Shown: in pieces, positions 56,321 to 64,000 of the stretch
Layout: each line of letters starts with the position of its first letter
Position numbering within the stretch: the stretch's first letter is position 1
Source: Paramoeba atlantica
Lineage: Eukaryota; Protista; Discosea
Length of the DNA: 64,000 bases
NCBI GenBank assembly: GCA_977017575.1
Contig: CDRNVI010000058.1
Coordinates: 124,001 to 188,000, forward strand
Direction of reading: 5' to 3'
Notes under the pieces: generated by a model
Database searches by the model: none
What the model saw: only the letters and a program-made list of their open reading frames with translations
What the model was told of the DNA's origin: nothing
Made by a program: the position numbers and the translations under genes

Positions 56321-56891
56321 TAGTACCGTCTCTTCATAGTAAAATTTGGCCTTCCAAGCTCTTTGAGGAGACCCATTTCAAGCCTGCCCCGAACATAAGG
56401 CCGCCTTCCGCGGATCCGTAGGCACTTGTGAAACTTCCCCCCATTGTCTTTGTCTCGACAAACAAATCGATAGATTGTGGAAGTGGATGGTGAACCTTGT
56501 GAGCCAACAAGTGTATATCCTATTAGCAACCTGCTCCGGGCTGTGAAGCTTTCGGAGACAGGTCTTTACACTTTTTTCAAGACTGGCTCTAATTTGACGT
56601 GGTCTGGTCCCTTTATTGACCAGTCGTCTCTTGGCAACACGATGGGCACGGCTAGAACGGTATTGCCCACCTCTTTTCCTGTTGCGTGCCAGCTCACGAC
56701 ATACCGTACTTGGGGACTATTATGTAGAAATTAACCTTTTGTTGCGCTGAGTATGACAATTTGTTGCACTGACATTGACAATCCACCATGCACCGTACAT
56801 GGATAAAGTTAAGCCTTTTAATACAAAGGTTTTACCATGCTTATACGCGATGACAAACCTCCTGGAAGTAGATACATATGGTTTTTAAATA

Positions 56892-58463
56892 CAGGGGTGA
56901 AAACTTCCATCTGGGGGGGGGTCTAAAATTTGTAAAATTTGCTCAATTTTGTAAAATAATAGCGCATTGGAGAGCTCTCGCAGAGTTGTATGTCTTTGGC
57001 GTATTCGGAACGCTCGACTTGAAAGATTTAATCTGATGACAAAAAAATAATTTTTTTTCTTGTGAAAATATGGCAATTTTTTGTTTTTCCCCATTTTATG
57101 CCTCAAAAGCGAGTTCGCTCAAGGACTTCCCGTGGTGTTTTGAGCGCACGCTCCTATGCCTCACCAGGGAAGATTAAGGAAAGTCACAGGATGCTTCTTG
57201 TGGCGGACTTTGAGAAAACAGAGTCTTATTCCCGGACTGCCCAAAATTTTGGTGTCCACGAGGGAACTGTGAAACTCTGGGTGGAAAGATTTAATTGCAC
57301 TGGCGACGTGGCCAGTCCATCCCCTACGCGTCAACCTAGGGTCACCACCTCTGATCTTATGAAAGTATCTTTAAAGCTTATTGATGACGCTTATCGTGAC
57401 CTTCCTTATGGTATCTCCACTTGGAGCGAGCTCTGGAGAGAGGTAAAGCGACGTGGCTTCACATGTTCAATAACATCCCTAAGGAACATGTTGAAAAACT
57501 CAAAAGAAAAAATTGTGCTCAGAACAGCTTTAAAGACCCTTTTCTTATCTAATAATCATAAGGAGCGCAGAGTGCAATTTGCCACTGAAGTGCTACAGTG
57601 GAGCGACGCTGCGCTGGAAAATATTATTTTCTGCGACGAAAAAAAATTTACGTGCAAAAGATCCACCCGACCCACGTACCTTTGCCGAAAATCTGACCCC
57701 CCCAAAGAACAAACAGGGGAATTAGAACCCTAGCATGGTGGAGAAGGTATTATGGTTTGGATGGGGGTGAGCTTAAAGCATGGGTTTCATTTACACGTAT
57801 TTCCTACCCATGATTCTCAAGGAAACAAAGTAACTGTAAAGGGACAAAATTTTTATGAAGCCATGAAAAAAAAGGGGGGTCTGTTCCAATATTTAAGGAG
57901 ACATCGGGCCACAATAGTGATGGACAATTGCCCGGCACATAATAAGGCTCGTGCCGCGGCCCAAGAAAAGGGTTATTCTTGGCTCCGATGGCCAGCACGA
58001 TCCCCTGATCTAAACCCCATAGAAAATCTTTGGTCAATAATGGACGGGACAAAGGACCGAATTCAACCCAAAAATCAACAACAATTACTCTCCGCAATTC
58101 ATGATTCCTATGATAAACTTAAGACAGAACAAATATCCAAATTTGAGAATACGCTAAAAAGCTTCAGAAAGCGTTGTAGAATCATTGTAGAAAAGAACGG
58201 TGCACATTGCGGATACTAACAGGGGTTACTAACAATCTTTTTGGGGGGAAAAACGTTATTTTTTAACTTTTTTGTATCATTTTTCAAGTGACAATTCGAG
58301 TTTTTGACCTATTCGGCATTTGTAGTTCCACTTTGATATGTTAAAAGCTACCAGTACGAAGACATACAACTCTGCGAGAGCTCTCGAATGCGCTATTATT
58401 TTACAAAATTGAAAAGTTTTTACAAATTTTAGACCCCCCCCCAGATGGAAGTTTTCACCCCTG
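56892..58463 (+). mobile_element. 1572-bp Tc1/IS630-like transposon with about 100-bp TIRs and TA TSD; transposase 57062-58219 has one in-frame TAG at 57731
   Basis: TA|caggggtgaaaacttccatctggggg...cccccagatggaagttttcacccctg|TA; IFCDEKKF, IVMDNCPAH and WPARSPDLNPIENLW (DD32E). Confidence 0.93.
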
Positions 58464-59209
58464 TATGTATGAAAGTCTGCGACTTCCCGTCTCATCAGAA
58501 ATGCTTTTGCAGGCACGTCCCAAAGTTCTCCACGAAATGCACGCACTTACCGCTAGACTGGCGGACGAATTATGGAAAATTTTGTGCTCCGACATTGACA
58601 CGTATTCCTATGTTGGATTGGCCGTAGACACGGGTATTGACCGTGTAAAAGCTGAGCACATAATGATCGTAGTGCTTTACGTGGAACGTCACGAGTATAT
58701 TCTCCCTCCTATCTATTCCACCAGACACAAGGCGTATGATGGCTATGCCATGGCCAAAGAGCTTATGGACTGTTTGTCAAGTAACTTGGGGGAAGAACGA
58801 CTTCTCAAGCTCGAATTTTTAATGGTGGAAGGTTCTACGGTAAATCACGTTGCCCGTGTTCATTGTGAGGGATTCCTAAAGACAATCTACGATCGCATAT
58901 CTCTTGTTGGTGACAATGATCTGGAAAACATAGAACTTGGTGTCAATCGGTTGTGTCGGGTCTCACTTTTGTCTTGCGTAGGTCATACAGTGGTTTCAGT
59001 TGATCTTGCCCCCCCTCGGAATTTTGATTTTGATTTATCCGTTTTTGCTCATCTTTGCAGCATTGGAGAGATCTCGTTCCCCTAGCGAAGAGCTTTGCCG
59101 CCTTTTTTTCATAGAGACCCCCTGGTGCCCCCTGGGTGACCCGAAAGTTGACCAAAATGAAACCCAGCCCAGCGACCCCCACCCGCTCAAACACCCCCTC
59201 CCCCCTTCA

Positions 59210-59307
59210 CCCACCCTCCCGAACCAAATCTCTGTTACTGGGGGTCAGCCCAAAAATGGTCAAATCTCTGTTACTGGGGGGGGGTCTATTACTGGGGGGG
59301 TATACGG
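59210..59307 (+). mobile_element. Solo right end of a pogo element related to 53376-56320
   Basis: aatctctgttactggggg motifs and the ctattactgggggggtatacgg|TA terminus. Confidence 0.75.
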
Positions 59308-59345
59308 TAGTACCGTCTCTTCATAGTAAAATTTACATACCAAGC

Positions 59346-59595
59346 GGCACATTGACAATACATAAGGCACATTGATAATGCATAAGGTGTATTGATAATG
59401 CATAAGGCACATTGATATTGCATAAGGCACATTGATATTGCAAGAAATTGGGCACTTTTGTATTGCATAGTAAGCGGCACATTGATAATGCATAAGGCAT
59501 ATTGATAATGCATAAGGCATATTGATAATGCATAAGGCATATTGATAAGGCATAAGGCATATTGATATTGCATGAGGCACATTGATAATGCATAA
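59346..59595. repeat. 21-bp tandem array, about 12 units (gcayattgataatgcataagg)
   Basis: Directly visible; a short interruption lies near 59445-59470. Confidence 0.95.
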
Positions 59596-59633
59596 TCGAT
59601 TTTTTTCTAATTTCCACTTTTTTTTGTCGGGCA

Positions 59634-60326
59634 ATGTCGAACTTCAATAAAGTGAAAACGCGTCTTGATTCGGATGATCGAGCGATGATAGAACTGTTGC
59701 ATAACCAACAAGAGTTTTCTCAAGAGGAGATAGCGGAGAAGGTAAAAGCCTCTCAATCTACAATCAGCCGGGAGTTTGCCCGGGGCACCTTCAAAGACGT
59801 TTATCACGCGAAGCGCGCCCATCTTGCGTGCAGTAAAGCGATGTCAAAGCGCAAGGGAAAGGCTTACAAAATCGAAGGTGACGTGGAGGAAAAGGTGATC
59901 CGTCTATTGGAACGACGATTTAGCTCGCCGCAGATCAGCGTGGTCTTACGTAAAGAAGATGACGTTAAGGTGTCGCGTGTCGCAGTGTACGGTTTTATCA
60001 GGCGTGATGAATCCCTCGGGGGAACACTGTATAAGTGCCTGCGTCGAGGCGGTGGTCGAGGCCGTCGCCTGCGCGGCAAAAGCCGTTTTAAGATCCCGAA
60101 TCGCACAGACATTAGCGAAAGGCCCAATGTTATCAACACGCGGGGAAGATTTGGTGACTGGGAGTGCGGCCTAATAGAGGGGTCAACGCACAGTGGGTTC
60201 TTCCTAAGTTTGCTGGAACGGAAAAGCAGGTTTGGTACACTAAAGCTACTGCGCACGAAGAAGAATGAGGTCGTTGCAGAGGCTATTGGTAGCGCCCTGG
60301 AACACTATCTTGTTCATACGATTACG
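59634..60326 (+). mobile_element. Divergent IS30-family transposase, truncated after HTIT (before the second Asp)
   Basis: SQSTISREFARG, FSSPQIS, VYGFIRRD, IPNRTDISERP, RFGDWECGLIEG and LLERKSRF. Confidence 0.92.
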
Positions 60327-60333
60327 GGCTTGA

Positions 60334-60399
60334 GGGCACGTTCGTTGAATCTTCAACGAACTGAGCGCCCGTTCGTTGAACATTCAACGAACGTGTCCC
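60334..60399. repeat. Double-palindrome cassette TTCGTTGAA-N2-TTCAACGAA, two copies
   Basis: 60341-60360 and 60372-60391; the same palindrome occurs at 27401-27422. Confidence 0.9.
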
Positions 60400-60475
60400 C
60401 TGGGGGTGCAATTTTGTTTTCCCACAAAAAAAATTTATTTCCCCAAAAAATATATTTCCCCTCCCACAGGAATGG

Positions 60476-62060
60476 CTGCGACACCTAGTTTAGGGGTCTA
60501 GAGGTCCAACTGTGAGGGAAGCCCACGTCTGCGAGCAAGGCCCAACTGTGAGCGAAGCCCACGTCTGCGAGCAAGGCCCAACTGTGAGCGTAGCCCTGGG
60601 ATATAATTATTTTTTTCTGGGGACCCGCGCGCTGGAGCGCGCGGGTCGCGCACTGAGAACCTGTGTCTGCCACTTCCTCAGGATTGACCAGAGGCAATAA
60701 TTACTATGAATGATCTTGCTTCCTTAAGGCATTTTTTTCTACGTTCGCCTTTTATGGATCCTGGGGACGAGGATTTGTTTTCTCAGGGTGCAGAAAGGTT
60801 GTTTGCGCGGTTTCTTGCGGCCTTCGAATACACTGCACAACGGCGGGATGATGATCGGCAGGGTGATAATCAACGTGATGGGACTCAGCCAGACCTCGTT
60901 GAAACTAATGGTACATCACGCCGTACGTGGCGAAATCTTGAGGTTCGGCCGGTTTGTAGGGGGTGTCCGGGATACGCCTGCGTGAGGCTATGGCGAAGCG
61001 TTGCCGCTATTCCTCAGGGGAATGATGCGGAGAAGTGGATGAAGTGCCATGGTCTGTTTGCCCTCCCCGAATGCCCCGATCATGGGAACCAGTTCATGGT
61101 TGACATCCCGGGTAACGATCTGATGTGGCTTTGTGTGCACCGTGAACCTGGTGATCGGAATTCTTGCCGAGCGCACGTTATTTCTTCCATACGTATATTT
61201 CTTTCCATACGTATATTTCTACGCACACTTTGCTGACTCCGAGCATGCTTCTCTTGGTGTGGGCCGATATTGCTAACCATTTATGCACTGGACAGATTTG
61301 CGGGAACCGTGGTATCGGAAGAAAGGTTGTAGAGGACACCTTGCGTAACCTCGGGGAGGCTGCGCTTGGTCAAGAACGCAAATTTGGTCACTCTTTTTCG
61401 CGAATCCAAGTGGACGAGACGTTCATTGGTAAGCGGAAATAAACCGTAATTTATAACCGAGGTCGTCGACAACGTCAGCGGGGTTGGTGGTTCGCAACAC
61501 TAACTGAGCAGGAGGGTCGGAAAATGGGTCTTACCCATTGGAAGCTGGTAAAGCGTCGTGACCTGGAAACTCTGCATTCCTTCATTCTCCCGCATCTGGC
61601 CAGGGCGCGGACTGTTGTGGTCAGCGATTGTTGGAAAGGGTACGTCAACCTCGGTGAGTATTGCCGGCACTACGCGGTGAACCACAGTAAGGAGTTCGTG
61701 ACCTATCAAAGGTTTGTACCTATCAAGTAGTTCGTGACCTATCACACCAACCACGCGGAGGGCGTCCACGGTACCATAAAGGGTTGGGTTAAGCGTCAAC
61801 ACTACAATTACGGGGCCACCCCTTTGCAACTCCAGCGGAATGTTGCGCTTCAGTGCGTGAAGCCTGGTGCTACTCACATGGGTAGAGAGCAAGCTTGGCA
61901 ATGTCGGATGCAGAATCTTTTGAACTGCTGCACTACGGGGCTGAAAATCCTGAATGGGAGGAAGTCAGCGAGAGTTCGTGTAGCGACAGCGACGTTAGTG
62001 GAGATTCTGACGACAGTTTATAATTCAATAAATTTTGTTTTTTTATACATAGTGCTTTAC
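60476..62060 (+). mobile_element. Merlin/IS1595-family transposon, copy 3 (frameshifted)
   Basis: CRGCPGYAC, IQVDETFIGKRK, VVSDCWKGY and HTNHAEGVHG; the left end matches that of copy 2. Confidence 0.9.
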
Positions 62061-62123
62061 ATATTTTGCTGGGACTCAGGGCTCAACCTGACTGGTTAAA
62101 AAAGCAACAAAAAAAACGATAAA

Positions 62124-62146
62124 GATACAGTTTCTGTACTTTGTTG
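62124..62146 (+). other. Spliced-leader exon 3'-half-like sequence GATACAGTTTCTGTACTTTGTTG
   Basis: 21/23 match to the 3' part of the T. cruzi SL exon as recalled (GATACAGTTTCTGTACTATATTG). It is not followed by a GT donor. Confidence 0.75.
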
Positions 62147-64000
62147 ATTTCTTTTTTTAATCTAGTCTTCTCTTGGGGCTCAGTTCTCCTATGACACAGG
62201 TGAAAAATCCTCAGACCCACGTAGGTACGAACGAAGACTCTCATTCATTCCATCAGAATATTGACGTCAGCGAAGGTACTCTCAGTGAAAGCGCTCTCAT
62301 CGACGAAGAGCGTTCCCACTGTCCCGGCAGTTGGGACCAATTCGATGGCAACAAGCACCTGATCTCCACTGCGAGCACTTACGACGAACAATTTTACACT
62401 ACCCCGATCCCGAAGAATATTCCCAAGGAATGGATGGAGCGCGTACGCCACATCACACAGGAGAGGGAAACTCCGGACACAGGACACGCAGAGGCCGAAG
62501 ATGAGGAAACACAACACTGTGCGGTGAGAAGGCAGAAAATAACGCAAGAAGACGCACTCGCACCCAAGGCCGCCGATAAAAGCTATACTCAAAGCCGCAG
62601 TGAAAGACGCTCTTTCCCGCCAACTGCAAAACACTTCACCATCGAAAGGGGTCACCAAAACGGACTCGCGTCCGTCAAGACGAACACCTTGGACATACCA
62701 TTCTTCACCCCGGCACGCTGTAAACAAGACCACCTCCGCGGAAAAAACACAAAGTGGAGAAGAGTATCGGGAATGCCCAGCGGTGGGATGCTCTTGGCGA
62801 AGTCCGCCGCACGGAGGGTCGTGACAAGCATTCTACAATCACGTCGCATACGACACACCCGAGCGACGAAAGCCATCCCCCAGGGACCCAAACGCATCAC
62901 TCCGAACTTCCCTCACTGACCACGTGCAAGGACGTGCCCCCTCGCTGCCGCCAACTCTGGGGAGAAATCCTTACAAACGCAGCTAAAAACGCAGTCACCG
63001 AGAACTCTACAGCCGCATGGACCCTACTCGCTATGCTTCCGAAGTGCTTACTACCAGCCCCACACCGAGGAGGTCGCAAGAACCACACAACTTACTCATC
63101 ATACGTCCAGAAGTGCATGAACCGATGGCTTGCACAAGACTAAATGTCTCCCTATGGAGACTTTATGTCTCCCTATGGAACGAAGCAGTAGACAACACAC
63201 AGAAGAAACAATCCGCTGCTTCTACAGCCGTCCACGACGAGGAGGAAAAAGCCGCTATTCGAGCAGAGTTGCTAGTTCGACGAGGTGAGTACTCTAGGGG
63301 TATGGCTGCACTTACCGCGGATTCTATGGCGCCCGACGACGAAGACACCTTCCGTAAGCTTCAAAGCAAACACCCTTGCCGTCATCCAGACAGTGACATC
63401 ATCGACTATGCGCCTCCGTCCACAGAGCCTTTAGTAGTGCAGGAACCCGCGGTAGAAAAAACGATCAAAAGCTTTCACAGGGGTTCCTCGGCAGGAACAA
63501 TGGGTTTGCGACCCGAGCACTCACAAGCTGCACTTCTGGCGCGCGTAGACAACACGGTGAAACCTCTTAACGCGCTTACACATCTTGTGAACCACCTGTT
63601 AGCCGGGAAAGCACCCCTAGAGGTACAGCCATACTTCGTGGGAGCCAGACTTTGCGCCTTGGAAAAGGGTGAAAACGATGTCCGACCTATAGCAGCGGGA
63701 GAAACAATACGTCGATTGGTGAGCAAAGCGGCGTGCAATGCAGTGAAGAGCAAAGCTAGCGAAATATTCAAGGGGTTACAGTTCGGAGTTGCGACGCCGG
63801 CAGGAGCTGAACGAATAATTCACACTTGCCGGCATGCCATGGCAATCCACACAGACAACCCCGACCTGGTACTGTGCAAAGTCGACCTGAGCAACGCCTT
63901 CAACAACGTAAGCAGATCAACTTTCTTGAAACTCGTAAGCGATCACTTCCCGGAATTGCTTCCATGGGCAATCTGGTGCTATACGACAACCAGTGTTTTG
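62147..64000 (+). mobile_element. CRE-clade non-LTR retrotransposon 5' part (frameshifted; runs off the window end)
   Basis: Zinc-finger-like CPAVGC...FYNHV; AWTLLAMLPKCLL; RGSSAGTMGLRPEH; ARLCALEKGENDVRPIAAGETIRRLVSK; LQFGVATPAGAERI; KVDLSNAFN. Confidence 0.92.

Larger units (their letters stand above)
52648..56787 (-). mobile_element. Second IS30-family element (internally deleted, carrying nested insertions), ATG TSD
   Basis: ATG|tgtggattgtcatactcag[insert]tgcaacaa...ttgttgcactgacattgacaatccacc|ATG (IRs 23/27 identical once the 393-bp insert is removed). Minus-strand transposase fragment 56713-56385: PSTVCRELARN...HSPEQVAN...STSTIYRFV...CLRIRGRRPY. Confidence 0.88.
52323..59040 (+). pseudogene. 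hAT-like transposase gene in three pieces (52323-52647, 56791-56891, 58466-59040)
   Basis: BED-finger-like YECNHCKW...HRRAC; LLEVDTYGF(L)NMYESLRLPVSSEML; GLAVDTG, FLMVEGSTVN and SCVGHTV (CxxH). Pieces join after removing the IS30 and Tc1 insertions plus one 1-nt shift. Confidence 0.7.

Noticed and set aside
57731-57733. In-frame TAGs in TEs as evidence of stop-codon reassignment
   Set aside because: Host genes have uninterrupted ORFs and some end in TAG (V-ATPase c, RPL21); the TE stops fit ordinary decay.
59346-59595. Possible CRISPR array
   Set aside because: Units are contiguous 21-mers with no unique spacers, and there are no cas genes.

Overview
Eukaryotic nuclear DNA, almost certainly from a kinetoplastid. 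The genes are intronless, all about 24 host genes from 1 to 43109 lie on the minus strand like one polycistronic unit, there is a stand-alone topoisomerase IB small subunit, and a spliced-leader-like sequence is present. A Perkinsela/Prokinetoplastina-type organism is a guess. Host genes include RUVBL1, an NHA-type Na+/H+ antiporter, a PILS-type carrier, BRX1, RPS29 (missed by the ORF track), a CTL transporter, SF3A1, V-ATPase c, TRM2, a NEK kinase, TOP1S, a PPR-PIN protein, RPS18 and RPL21. Two transposon islands (about 21.3-31.9 kb and 43.4-64 kb) contain Merlin/IS1595, Tc1 (DD34E and DD32E), pogo, hAT-like and Harbinger/ISL2EU-like DNA transposons, MITEs, and CRE-clade and APE-type LINE remnants. 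The main finding is a diversified family of bacterial-type IS30 elements that have transposed inside this eukaryotic DNA. One is an intact 1424-bp element (47588-49011) with a GAT target duplication whose removal restores an ORF. A second (52648-56787) has an ATG duplication and splits a hAT-like transposase gene. Two further divergent transposase fragments are present. Other notable signals are an SL-exon-like 23-mer at the 5' end of a CRE retroelement outside any SL array, and repeated gene-sized islands whose composition flips from C-rich to G-rich. All protein assignments are motif recognition by eye; no database searches were run.
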